A DNA stretch of 64,000 nucleotides from Vitrella brassicaformis CCMP3155 (taxonomy: Eukaryota; Protista; Chromerida), in NCBI GenBank assembly GCA_001179505.1, contig CDMY01000310.1, positions 62,989 through 126,988 of the forward strand, read 5' to 3'. The position numbers and the translations under genes are program-made. The notes below the pieces were generated by a model. The model saw only the letters and a list, made by a program, of their open reading frames with translations. It had not been told where the DNA came from and did not search any database. Each line of letters begins with the position of its first letter. Position 1 is the first letter of the stretch. Below are positions 51,555 to 64,000 of the stretch, piece after piece.

Positions 51555-54173
51555 TCAGTCGTCTCTCTTGTCTGTCTTGTCTTTTCTCTTCTTCCGCACA
51601 AACTGATCCGAAGACTCATACCCCGGCTGCATGGCATGGCATGGCATGGCATGTGTGCATCGCACGCATCCGTCACACACACACGCACACGCACGAGGCG
51701 TTGCATGTGTGTCTGTCTCTGTGTGTGTCTGTGCGTACCTCGAGGTTGAAGTCGATGAGGTGTTCGTCACCCATCTCTGCCCCACTAGACAGCACCAAGT
51801 CACACTCGTTGTTGCGCGCGAAACTCGCTGACATAACGACGTGCCCACACATATGATCGATATAAGCACTCATATGCACACATATCCCCGTGTGTGTGTG
51901 TGTGTGTGTGTGGCCACCGTACATGGCCAGAAGTCGCTGCTGGGAATGTCGTTGGGCAGCACCTGCAGTATCTTGAGCGCATCGGCCACCAGCTCAGAAC
52001 AGAAATACGTCTCGCTCTCACCCACTCCTACAAAGACGTACGTCTTCTCTTTGGGCATGTCTCTCTCCACCACACACAGTCTGTAGTATGTGGTGTGTCC
52101 ATTGCCTGTCCACCTGTCTGCTTTTCCCTTCTGAGCAACTTTGCGGTGGTAATGAGATACGGCTTGCCACAAGACGCCTTGACGAAGGCCTCGAGTGCGA
52201 GCAGCCGCTCGTTGGTGCGCTCGAAGGTCAGCCGACGGACTGCCAACCTGTGCGTCCATTCGCGTGTGTGTGGATGTCTCACTCATCCACGATTAGGTAC
52301 TTACTTAGGGTAAAGGAGGTGCCACTTGTGGGCGATAAAGTCACGCCATGTGACCACACCCACACCCTGTAAGTAATGCATTACATGTTGCACACAGACA
52401 CACATGAGTGAGTGTGTGTCTGGGTGTGTCTGTGTGTGTGTGCATTTGTTTGTTTATGCCTACCACCCCTCCCGCCGCCTCGAAGAACGCCAGCCGGCCA
52501 TCGGCAAAGCGCAACACCAGCGCCACATGGTCGTAGTGAGACCCAGTGATGGCTCTCTGATTGCAGTGTCGTATGATAGATACTGCCGACCCGTGCGTGG
52601 GACTCTGACTGCCTCTAATGGCCCTGCTGACTGACTGACCTGTATCTTTGCGGCCCTGTGTGTCGAGCAGAAGAGGAGAATGTCACCCGTCTGGGCAAGA
52701 GTCTCAAACCGACTGGGCGTGATGCGGTCGAACTGCATGACATTGTACGTACGTACGTGTGATGTGATAACACACATATATATTCTGGTTGGGGTGGGGG
52801 GCCATGGCCATGGTCTGGTCTGGTCTGGATGCTCTGCTGACTTTCCAGAACTTGGGCTGGTGTGCCAGGAGCTGCTGGTGGTCTGCAGGGGGGCGGGACG
52901 AGGCAATGTGATACCTATGGAGAGAACACACACACACACATACACACAGGGAGGGAGGGAGAGAGAGAGACCGACTAATGGGCCCACAGCTGCACAGCAC
53001 GTTACACACACGCACGACGTCCGTAAGTACTGACTTGAGAGCGGCTACCCACAGCTGGACCTCGTCGTACGGCCCCTTGAGCTCAAACACACGGTCCACA
53101 CCCTTTGGATAAATGCGGAAGCCCACCTCAGGCAGGTGAACCGTCAGTTTGCCCCGGCAACACTGCATGGCATGCATGACTCAACACATGACCTTAGACA
53201 GACAGTGGGGTGTGGGTGCTTACCAGGTCGGTGACGGGGGTGATGCACTGTGTCCAGCCGGACTCTCGGATCAGCTGGGGGCGGGGAGGGGGCTGCTGGG
53301 GATCCCACAGACACTGCACACATGAATAAACAAACGAGCCAACACAGCAGACAGACAGACAGACAGACAGACTGCTTATTTACACGAAGAGAGATGGATA
53401 GAGACATACATGTCGATGTGAATGTGCAATGCAATGCCAGGATTTAAGCCAGTCAATAAATACATATGTGGTTGTAGGTAGGGTAGGTACCTACCTCAAT
53501 TTGCACTTGTATGAGGTCGGAGTCTAGCGTGCCTCGTGGTTTCCTGTCGTATTGGTGCCGGTAGTACGTCAGCTTCCTCTCACGAAGAACGAAGAACCGG
53601 GTCTGTCCGCCACACATACACACATACATACAAGCAGTGTCAAAAGAAATGTGTCAATGATCTGCAGAATCTACGTGTACCGCCCACCCGATGAGTGAGC
53701 TCTTCTTCTGAAGGAAGCCGCGCATCTCTGTCAACTGCACTCATCCATCCATCCATCCAGGTACCAACACAAGAAGAAAACACGTACATGACATTGGTCA
53801 AGGCAAGCAGAACGGGGTTTAGAGGGAAGGAGGGAGGGAGGGAGGGAGTGTGTGCGTGCATGTCCGTCCGTACGCTGCCCCTTCTTCTCTCCTTCGCATC
53901 CATGGTGAGGTGTATGTCGGTGTCAGACAGTGGCTCGGGAGGCTGAGCCGCACTGACTCGGTGAGGAGGGTCACCTGCAGCCAGCAATGGGCAAACGGAC
54001 ATTGGCAATGCTATACACCAAGCACAGTGGGCATGACCGTACCTGATGGGGGTGTCTGTGGCTCTCCTGGCTCACCCTCGACAGCAGTGCTGCCCTCATC
54101 ATCGCTCTCCGAGTCGCTCTCCTGCATGGACACACACACACACGTAGCCTGCATGTCTCTTACTCAGTCTCGC

Positions 54174-54205
<32 letters not shown>

Positions 54206-54438
54206 CTTACGGCATATTCCACAGGCTCGTCCCTCCCCCTCTGGTACACCACGGTAGCAGCAGCCCCACTCCCAGCCCCAGACCCATGATTCCCAACTCC
54301 CCCCTGCTGCGGAGAGGCGTCACTGCCATTCACATTGTCACGGACACTCCTGGAGGGAACGGGCTGCAGTGCAGCGGAGGGCGTGGTGTCTTTGAGGCGC
54401 TCGTATGTTGGGCGGGAGGGGTTCTCTTTGTGCTGCAT
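51555..54438 (-). CDS. PH domain + permuted NlpC/P60 (papain-like, YiiX/YebB-type) amidase
   Basis: PH part: MRGFLQKKSSLIGW, TRFFVLRERKLTYYR..KPRGTL, FELKGP..VQLWVAAL. Amidase part: QTGDILLF, SHYDHVALVLR..FFEA (His), CGKPY, YFCSELVADALKIL (Cys). His precedes Cys, as in the permuted class. Confidence 0.85.
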
Positions 54439-54684
54439 TGGGGGAGCGGCTCTTGTTGCCGATTGGGGGTGGGTAAATGAAATGCGTTTGTGAGTGGATG
54501 AAACAAGAAAAATTCCCGCAGTGGCCTTGTGAGGGGAGGAAGGGAAAGAGGAACGGAAAGAGGGGGGAGGGAGGGGATCGAGGAAGGACGCGAGCTTTTT
54601 TCTGTGGATCGTTTTGGGACACCGGCAGCTTCTCCATCCTCGTGTGCGTGTACCGCTGTGTGTTGTGGATCGGTGTCTAAAGAG

Positions 54685-55087
54685 ATGGATAGGAAGGTGT
54701 CTGAGTCGACGGCGGACAGCGAGACCAGCAGTCAGAGACCACGCGTAGAGACCAACAAATGGTGAGAGGGATGGAGATGTGGCGCGAGACAGGCAGGCAG
54801 GGAGCTACCCAACTCTCTCTTGCTGCAGGTGTTCCACTGATGAGCTTTGGACGCCTGAGGTCGAGCTCAACAGAGCAACCACCAAAGGCTCATTCAGGTA
54901 GGTGAGGTGAGGTGCACACACATCCACACATCAACATGACCCTATCTGTCTGGTGCTCACTGTTCTTGTCTGTTGCAGGAAACCCAAACCCAAGTTGAAA
55001 ATCTGTGTGGCAGGTGGGGAACGGTGGACAGACAGAGAGAGGGAGAGAGATGCATCCCTGCATCGACTGGTGGATGGACGGTCTCCT

Positions 55088-55118
<31 letters not shown>

Positions 55119-57356
55119 GTGGTGGGAATGGCGGACACGTCATGGCGGGTCTGTTCGCCAGCAAGGGCCATGACGTGAGCCTCCTCGTGTCGGCACCACA
55201 TCATGTTGACAAGGTGCGAAGACACACACACACACACACACACACACAGAGGGAGAGAGAGGGCACAGCTGCGAGCACACTGCGATACCCGTCTGTGTGT
55301 GTCCCTCTATAGTGGCTGAGTGGGATAGAGGCCGGTGGCTTGACGGTGCATTACGTCGAGGGCGACCGCAAAGTCAAAGGCACACCGATAACCGCCACAC
55401 ACAACCCTGCTGACGTACGCCAGAAGGACAGACAGACAGCTGTACGTGATCTGCATAGCCACTCCTATGTGTGTGTGTGTGTTTAGGTGGTGCCCTACGT
55501 CGATTTGATTATCATCGTGATCCCCGCCAAGTACCACCAACCCATGATCGAAGCCATGGCACCACACTTCAGGTACATCACGCGCACCAAACACACACAC
55601 ACACTCACACACACACACACATCCCTGTGTGTCTGTCAGGCCTGGTCAGTGGGTGTGTGCGGTCGAGGGCGCCTGGTGGGGCATCCCGCCGTCGGTCTTC
55701 GGACCCAACACGCAGCAACTCGTGTTCGCCGAGATCCAGTGTTTGCCTTGGGCGTGCAGGGCCACCGAGTAGGCTAAGCTGCCAATGCAATGCATACCAA
55801 ACACCAATAGACCGACGTCCATGCCATGCCATGCCGTATCGCATTGTGTGTGTGCGCGTGTGTGTAGGTACGGTCGTTATGTGGAGGTGTTTGAGGAGAA
55901 GGATTTGGTGGAGATCGCCGTGTCGCCGTCGAAAGACGGCAGGGAGGTCGCCCGCATACTTCAGCAACTCATGGACATTCCCTTCAAAGCACACGGTGGG
56001 CACATGGGCAGACAGACAGACAGACAGACAGGGAGGGAGGGAGGGAGGGAGGGCCGGTGGGAGGGCTGACTGACATACACGTTTATTGTGTCACGTATTG
56101 TGTGCCTCTTGCTGGCTGGGTGGCTGGCTGGCTGCAGGATCGTTGCTGGCAATGGCGTTGAGCGCTCCGTGCAATTGGGTGCATCCCGCCGTCATGTACG
56201 GACACTTCGGTAAGGAGGAACGAACAGACACACTCACACACATAGCTGACCCGCCCCTTTATTCATGCGTCACACACGTGTGTGTGTGTGTGTGTGTGTT
56301 GTGCAGCCGAGTGGGACGGGAAGCCGTTTCCGCGTTCCAAGGTGCCGCTGTTCTACCATGACATCACCCAAGACACCGCTGACATGCTGGAGCGGCTCGA
56401 CGATGAGTACCGACAGCTGAAAACACAGCTCGAACAGGTAGGTGCCTACAGAATGACACATGAGGGAAGGCCGCCTGCATTCCTTCACACACGTACTACA
56501 AATGAGATGCTCTCTCTGTGTTGTGTGTGACGTGCCGTGACGTGCAGCGTTGCCCGTTGTTGGATTTGTCAGCCATCAAGCCGACGAAGGAGCTGCTGAT
56601 GGAGTACTACCACGGCAAGATCACCGACGAGAGCACCACCCTGTCGTGCTTCGCCTCCAACCCCGGTACGGTACACACCTTCAATGAGTGCATCAAGGAA
56701 TCGAGCATGGATTGAGATGGAGCGACGATTTATCTGTCTGTCTGTGTGGTTGCGGTGCCCATCCATTAGGTTACGACACGTTGTCGTCTCCTGTGGTTGA
56801 TGTGGGCGAGGGAATGGTCGTGCCCAACTTCGACTACAGGTCAGTCACCCACCCGACAGAGACACACACACATGGCTGGCTGTGTACAGGTATCTGAATA
56901 GCGACATTCCCTTCGGGCTGGTGGTCACCCGTGGCGTCGCACAACTCGCCGGCGTGTCCATGCCGACGGTGGACTTCCTCATCCGATGGAGCCAGGAGAA
57001 GCTCGGCAAGGAATGGCTGCTCGGCGACAAAGTAAGTCACCATACACACACACGCAGAGGCAGTGAGACATCTTTGCCTTTCTGTGTCTCAATACAGCTG
57101 TGCGGTCGCGACATGGGGAAGACCCGCGCGCCCCAGGTTTTTGACTGCCACACACTCGACGAGTTCGTCAAAATATGTCTCCCAGAACTCACCATACGGA
57201 CCAGGTACACCACACTCACACACTGCACACCCTGGATTGCATGATCACGCACGCCATATTCTCTCTGTCCTCAATTGCTGTAGGCGTGACAAGGAGGCCC
57301 AGAAAGAGGAGGGCGGCGTCACCCAGGAAGAGCCCCCGGCCGTGTGTGCCGTCTGA
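54685..57356 (+). CDS. Opine dehydrogenase (octopine/tauropine/nopaline DH family), about 16 exons
   Basis: LKICVAG/GGNGGHVMAG (Rossmann), FAEIQCLPWACR, NWVHPAVMYG, PLFYHDI, PNFDYR/YLNSDIPFGLVVTRGVAQLAGVSMPTVDFLIRWSQEKLGKEW, KTRAPQVF. Confidence 0.92.
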
Positions 57357-57924
57357 CACACTCTCACTCTCACTCACCCACCCACACAGAACAGAACAAC
57401 ATACACTCATTCATTCCCACACGCTTTTTCGTTTTGTGGCTTTTGTACGTTTTGTGTCTGCATTGTGCTGTGCTGCATGTGCTGTTCATGTGGGCGGCTG
57501 AGAGCGCGTGACAGAGGGGAAGCGGAAAGAGAGAGAGAGCACACACATGCACAGCACACGATGGGCTGGCTGATGGACAGTAGGTCCGGCAGGGGTGATT
57601 TTTCGGCCGAATGCACATGACATGCAGAGGCCATTCATTGATGTGATGGCTGCGTGCACGGAGTTTTTTCGGTCATACTCAAGGACACCAATAGCTTATA
57701 GCTTGTCTTGTAGGAGCGGCCGATGACGAATGGATGGACCATCATGGGTGTCTATTTTTCTCCAGACATCATCACATTACGTGGTCTGATGGCTGGATGT
57801 TTCTGTTGACGCGTCTGTGGTCGTGCTTTGCTGTTTTGTCTTGTGTTGTGTTGTGTTCTGTTGTGTTCTGTCGTGTTGTGTTGCGTCTTGTGGCGTGTTC
57901 TGCTGATGTTCGTTTGTCCCCGCC

Positions 57925-58224
57925 NNNNNNNNNNNNNNNNNNNNNNNNNNNNNNNNNNNNNNNNNNNNNNNNNNNNNNNNNNNNNNNNNNNNNNNNNNNN
58001 NNNNNNNNNNNNNNNNNNNNNNNNNNNNNNNNNNNNNNNNNNNNNNNNNNNNNNNNNNNNNNNNNNNNNNNNNNNNNNNNNNNNNNNNNNNNNNNNNNNN
58101 NNNNNNNNNNNNNNNNNNNNNNNNNNNNNNNNNNNNNNNNNNNNNNNNNNNNNNNNNNNNNNNNNNNNNNNNNNNNNNNNNNNNNNNNNNNNNNNNNNNN
58201 NNNNNNNNNNNNNNNNNNNNNNNN
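57925..58224. other. Assembly gap (300 N)
   Basis: Run of N. Confidence 1.
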
Positions 58225-58785
58225 CCCCCCCTCCCACCACCACCCACCCACCCTGCTGCACACCTCTGCAAGGTTGGATGAGTGGTATGGACACACATGA
58301 GTGACAGAAGCACATGACGCACGAATGATGTATGTTCGACATGCAGAAGTGCTTTTCCAACGCCCGGTCAGCTGCATGGTTCTGCTGTGCTGTGCCGTGC
58401 CGTGCGAGTGTTGATATGTTCCGATTCGGAGTCATCATGTTTGACTGACCTGACAAGCCCCCTGCCTGTCTGCCTGTCTGTCCCCCTGTCTGCGTGACTT
58501 GGCTTGACGTATTGGTGTGTGTGCGACGCCTACTGGCAAGGAGAGAGAGAGATGGATGGACCGATGGATGGATGGATGTGTAGATGTGAAGAGACAGTCG
58601 TCACACTCAATTGAATTGATGCGCACGAATCCAATCCATTTCTGAGTGTAGCACTGCGAGAATGCACCCCACCCACTCAGCAGCAAACAAGCACTGAGGG
58701 CAGTAAGACACATCCACGTGTTGTATCTCTACATCCGCATCACCATGTGTGTGTCGCCCCGCTACGACACAAGTCGCCGCGCAGA

Positions 58786-60435
58786 TGGCTGCAGATCTTG
58801 CAACTCTCGGATCAGCCAGACACAGCACACCAGCAGCCTCCTTACTGACATTCTCGGTTGGGCGCGTGTGTTTCGACATGCGATAGATACGAAATGCCAG
58901 ACGCAGTCGATGATGTGTTTACCATCAAGCCATCAGTCGCCAAGTGAAGCACAACGCACACACCAGTGGCCTCTCTAGCAGCTGATGGGTCTGATACGTG
59001 TCTGATGCTCCAGCGGCTGCCGAAAGCGACCCTCTCATGCAGCCAAAGACGCGCTAAACCAGCGACATCACTCACGCTATCAGCCGCCGTGCCGCAGCTT
59101 CGGTGGGATCACACGACTAGCACTCGAAAAGTTTAACTGTAGCTTCACTTCCTACATACAGACAAGACACAGCACAACACAACACTCAGAAAGCGTCGCG
59201 ATTCGGTGTGGTGTGGGCGCACAAGTCTACTGTGTGCGCACCTCGGGAAAGGGTTTCTTTCTCAGCTCCTTCAAGAGGTTCATGTAGAGCTGCATGATAG
59301 TCATCGAGTCGATCTCCGCCCTGGTGATGTTGAAGTGCTGCATGAGGTGCTCTCGCAGGCTCTTGAAGCTCGCTTCTGTGGCCATCTCGCCCTTCTCATA
59401 CCCTCTCATGCTGTTGATCTGCTCGCTCACGCGGCTGATCTGCTTGCTGAGTCGATTGAGAGCCTTCATCACAGCGCCATCGGCCCCATCACCCCCCTCG
59501 CTCAGTAGGGACGAGGGCTCCGCTGTCGAGAAATAGGCTTCCCTGTACTCGGCAATGGTCATCGTCGGATTCTTCTTGATGGAGAAGGTGTGCGGCATCA
59601 GCTCAAGCAGCTCGAGGGCCTTGTAGAGATGTGTCGTGTCCCCCTCAGGCAGAGGGACTGCGACGAAGCTCTCGCTGGGCGAACGGAGAGAATCGAGGGG
59701 AGCGATGTAGAGGAGGGGGTGGAGAGCTCGGCGGGTGAGGGAGTTGGTGGTGCTGCTCATGTGCCGTTTGCTCTTGGATGTGTGTGGGGACACGCCGTGG
59801 AGGACACCACCGAGATGTCCCTCGGCAGTCACCATAGGGGTTCCCGAGTCGCCCGGCATTGAAGTGACGCCCGAGAGCTGCAGCCACATGCGTGGCTGCG
59901 ACCCGGCGGTCGATGTCCCAGCCGCAGGGCCCATAACGCCAGCCGCTGGCGCCGCCGCGGGAGCCACACACGATGGCACCTCTGAATGGATCTCCGTGAC
60001 CTCGCCCTTGAAGAATCGCTGTTTGTCGACAGAAAACAGCTCGTGCCGGAGGCTGACATTGTCGGCTGCAATGAGCGGCTTGGCGCGGAGTGCGGCGCGG
60101 ACGATGTCGTTGTGCTCAATCCTTAGTAGGGCGAGATCTGGGTGTCCATCAGCGAGGTAGCCCTCGTGCATCCACGCCATCTCGACGGCCATCTCCTGCT
60201 CTTTGTTGCCGATGTCGGTCATTACCTTCGTCGCGCCAATGGCGACGTGTGCGGCGGTGATCACATAGAGCTCGTCAGTGTTGGTCTTCAGCATCAGCCC
60301 CTTGCCGTAATGGTCCTCGTCAGGCTGGAAGACGTCACACAGATTCATCAACTCACTCCGCTGATCCCCCCTACCATTCCTCGAGAGGCAAGACGTCGTC
60401 CACGCCTTAATAATCCACGCCTTAATCATCTCAGA
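58786..60435 (-). repeat. Inverted segmental duplicate of about 1077-2727 (protease gene, intron and 3' flank)
   Basis: Collinear reverse-complement similarity across the CDS, the intron and about 290 bp of 3' sequence (e.g. gtcagtaaggaggctgctggtgtgctgtgtctggctgatccgaga). Confidence 0.9.
59080..60429 (-). CDS. Trypsin-fold serine protease, copy 2; exons 60429-59242 and 59151-59080
   Basis: ITAAHV, PDLALL, GDSGTP intact; same intron position as copy 1; exon 2 EVKLQLNFSSASRVIPPKLRHGG*. Confidence 0.85.
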
Positions 60436-61330
60436 TACGCCGCACTTTCGCCTCTCGCGCCGTGGGGTCATAGGGTAACAAACCCTTTGACCCCTCGTCA
60501 AACCCTCCGGCGCTTTCCGCTCGGTGCGCAGCCCTCCTGACGGCTGTGTGCTGAGATCTGTCTGTCGTTTTTTGGCGTCCACTTTGTCTTAATTGTCAGC
60601 TGAGGTCGGCGCCACAGACGCACACACACGTGGCGAGTCAGTCAGGTCAGTGCACGTGAGTGAGGGACGCCTCGAGCATCGCCATGATGTCAGACGGCCG
60701 CTCTGTTCTGTGTGCTGTGCTGTGCCGCAGATGTCTGTCTGTCTGTCTGTCTGTCTGTTGAGTGAGTGAGTGGGTGCGGCCGTCCGTCATGACGACAGGC
60801 AGACAGACACTGCTGCAGCTGAGGGCGCCGAAGTGGCTTACCGCCGACTGCACTCGAACACCGCAGCAGCGGTGCGCAGGCAGACAGCCACACACACACA
60901 CACACAGATGGGGTGGACGTGACACACGACAGCACAGAGTCACCGACTGTCTGTCTGTGGTTTGTGTGGCGTTCAGGTGTGGTTGGCTGGCCGGTTTGAC
61001 GACTGACGATGGCTGCTGAGTGCTGCTTGTCTGTGTGTGTGTGTGTGTGTGATGTGTCGGCCGATGTGTCGACGACTGACTGACTCGACTCACCTGAATC
61101 GCTTTGTCTCTCTCGTGGGCTGGCCGCCCTTTGTGTGTCGCGGGGATGTCTTCATTGTAACGTGTGGACTGTGTGTGGTTTTGCGTGTTGGCCGTCTGCT
61201 GCCGTGAGTGTGTGGGCCGGTGAGTGGGGGGCGGAGGAAATATGACAGACAGACAGACAGAGAATGTGTGGTGCGGTGTTCGGATTGCCGTCTGTCTGTG
61301 AGTGCCCTGTCTGGGACGTCTGCTCGCGAG

Positions 61331-62300
61331 AGTGTGTTAATCTCCCGTCGGTGCATTCGTCACACACGGGCGGCTCACAGACAGGCAGACAGGCCGACAG
61401 ACACACACACACACACACTGATCTGTCTGACATCCTGGGCGAGTGTGTTCTGTCTGACATCGTGTCTAATGGGAGAGAGGGGCTGCGTCTGTGACAGTGC
61501 GGTTTCCCATCCTGTGTGTGTCCTCCGTCTCTCTCTGTGGGCATCTCATCTGGCGCTCCGAAACCAAAGAGTATCAGCCCTCGTCAGGTGTTGGTGCTTT
61601 GGGGTTGCCGGGCGGTGACAGAGATGCCACAGAGGGAAATGGACACACACGACGACACGTGTGAGTGGGTGTGTGGTGCGCTGGTGAGTGTACGCTAAGG
61701 GAAGAAGACAGAGAGATGGGATAGGAGCAGAAGTGAGAGAGAGAGGCACAGTGTTCACTGCGTGTCAGTGTGCTGACTGTCAGCGAGCTGAGGGTCATTC
61801 TACACAGAGCGTTGATCCTCACTCTCTGTGTGCGGTGACCGTCGAGCGGCTGACAGACACACGCAGACACAAGGGACGGTGTGGCTCATTGGCACGGCCG
61901 TCGACTTGATGGCCTAATCGATCGACTGACTGACTGACTGACTGAATGGCCGCAACTTTGTTGCCATTGCCATCACACGGAAAGTAAACAAACCCCACGA
62001 GCAGCGTGTTGTGTGGCTGACTGTATCTCTCGCGGGCGGGTTGGGTGTGCCGATAGACTGTGATGACTATGATGTGTTCCATGGCTACCATACACACGAG
62101 AGTGTCATTGATCTCTCGTCGATGCATCCGTCACACACGCGCGGCTCATAGACAGACAGGCGGGCCGACACACACACATATTCTCGTTGTTTGTCTGTTC
62201 GCCTGGGGTCTCATGAGTGTGTCCTCCCCTCTCTGTCTCCTCTGTGGGCATCGCTGTTCGTCACTTTGCGCATTTCCCTTGCCTGCCTGTCTGCTTGCCG

Positions 62301-62333
<33 letters not shown>

Positions 62334-63550
62334 CATGCCACCGTCATGGCTCTCACCTGCTGTGATGATTTCATGTCGACAAACAAACATAAATAGATGT
62401 GTGCTCTGTCTTCTCTTACGAGTTCTGTGCAGTGGTTCTGTGCGCCTGTCTGTTGGGGGCTTATGATTGGTGCTGACGTGGATGAGCTCGTTCCTGTTAG
62501 GTGTGTGTTCTGGCGTACTGGTGAATGGACGCTGGATCAGCGCTCTTACGGATTTTGCGCCTTTCTCATGAGTGGGTGTGTGAGAGTGAGAGACAGAGAG
62601 ATGATATATAGATAGGATGGCAGCATGAGAGTGAGAGAGAGAGGAGAGATCAGAAGGTTTTTCCTTGGTGTGCATCGTTTGTCGGTGTGCTGTCTGTAAG
62701 AAGCATGATCGCCACGTCAGACATTAAGTAATAAGCATCATTGTCTGTGTGCGGTTGTCGTCGAGCATCTCACAGGCAGACAGACACACAGCATACTGTG
62801 TTTCTGTGTGGTATGTGTAGATGACAGAGAGAGACTGTTCTTTTATTGCCAGCTGTCCTCTGTCTGATATTGTGTATTGTGTGTGGGTTTCATGCATTTG
62901 TCCTCCCTCCTCTTTGTGGCCATCTTCGTGAGCCTTCAGCAACGTCAGAGTATCAATTCATGTGTGGTGTTAGTGCTTTGGAGTTGCCGTTTGTCGATAG
63001 AGATGCGCACAGAGGGAAATAGACAGATACACGCTAGCTGCAGTGTATTGTGATGGTTGCATGTCGACGAGACAGTGACACACATGTAATATACATGAGT
63101 GGATTGATTTGTGTGCCTTTAGGTATATTGGGTGCGTCTGGTTTGCTTTCTTTTGATGTGTATCGTGTGTTGGTGTGCTGACTGTTGTGCGCTCATCGAT
63201 TAACGTACACAATGAGTGTTCGTCCTCACACTCGACCGGTGATCGGCTGAGAGACAGACACCGTCCACACAACACAGCACAAAGGTGGTCAGTATGGCAG
63301 CAGACTTGATTACGGTGCGTACAAGTGTATGTGTGTGTTTCTGTGTGTAAGTCTGATCAGACACAGACATTGATAAGGGGGATCTTTGCCATTTGAGCCG
63401 ACAATGACAGTAAAGAGCAGATGCGCAGTCTGGACGATATGCGCATTCACATACGTCCATCAGCTGGACTGTCAAAACACATATGATACGTAATCACACA
63501 CAGACACCGGCCGTCAACTTGATAACCTCATCAGGCGACTGACTGACTAA
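61331..63550. repeat. Degenerate subtelomeric direct repeat, two copies (about 61331-61945 and 62101-63550)
   Basis: Shared blocks in the same order: 61331/62101, 61568/62947 (agagtatca..gtgctttgg.gttgccg..cagagggaaat), 61801/63206, 61896/63509 (ggccgtc.acttgat..gactgactgact). Confidence 0.65.
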
Positions 63551-63760
63551 TTCGTATACGACATACACTGAATGATACTCGCCCCGAGCAGCCAGAAGAG
63601 AATGTGCGAGTCAATGCAGCCCACACACCACACAAAACGCAGCTCAACATTCCCGTCCGGCTGCCGCTCGCTCTGGCTGCCCGGGTTTGTCTAAACCTAA
63701 ACCCTGTTGAACACTGAGCAGCACCGAATCCAGACGACGACAAACACTAACGACTGAGAT

Positions 63761-64000
63761 TTTAGGGCTTAGGGTTTAGGGGTTTAAGGGTTTAGGGTTT
63801 AGGGTTTAGGGTCTAGGGTCTAGGGTTTAGGGTTTAGGGGTTTAGGGCTTAGGGTTTAGGGTTTAGGGTTTAGGGCTTAGGGTTTTAGGGTTTAGGGTTT
63901 AGGGTTTAGGGTTTAGGGTTTAGGGCTTAGGGTTTAGGGCTTAGGGTTTAGGGCTTAGGGTTTAGGGTTTAGGGTTTAGGGTTTAGGGTTTAGGGTTTAG
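63761..64000 (+). repeat. Telomeric repeat array (TTTAGGG)n with CTTAGGG, TCTAGGG, TTTAAGGG and TTTTAGGG variants
   Basis: About 33 tandem units running to the end of the window, with the G-rich strand 5'->3' toward the end, as expected for a chromosome terminus. Confidence 0.98.

Overview
Eukaryotic, intron-rich, GC-rich scaffold end that terminates in a TTTAGGG telomere (63761-64000). Short introns full of CA/GT, GA, GACA and ATGG microsatellites, signal+transit-like leaders and the gene content suggest a photosynthetic alveolate of the chromerid (Vitrella-like) type; that taxonomic call is inference. I could assemble about 20 genes by eye, mostly as head-to-head pairs. Recognisable ones are THI4, SLBP, an HDHD2/LHPP-type HAD phosphatase, DGAT2, a KMO-like flavin monooxygenase, two signal-peptide FCP/SCP(NIF) phosphatases, an intronless SAM methyltransferase, an ALY/REF-like RRM protein, a stand-alone subtilisin-propeptide(I9)-like protein, a coiled-coil protein, an SLC35-like transporter, a PH + permuted NlpC/P60 amidase, an opine dehydrogenase, and two inverted paralogues of a trypsin-fold protease. 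The top observation is a TPP-riboswitch-like aptamer (5566-5667, minus strand) just upstream of the THI4 start codon. Its pyrimidine-binding arm is canonical but its pyrophosphate-binding junctions are altered, and a candidate anti-P1 sequence, splice sites and a uORF lie around it. Three 300-N gaps lie at 17850-18149, 47127-47426 and 57925-58224. Exon boundaries are manual and approximate unless stated.
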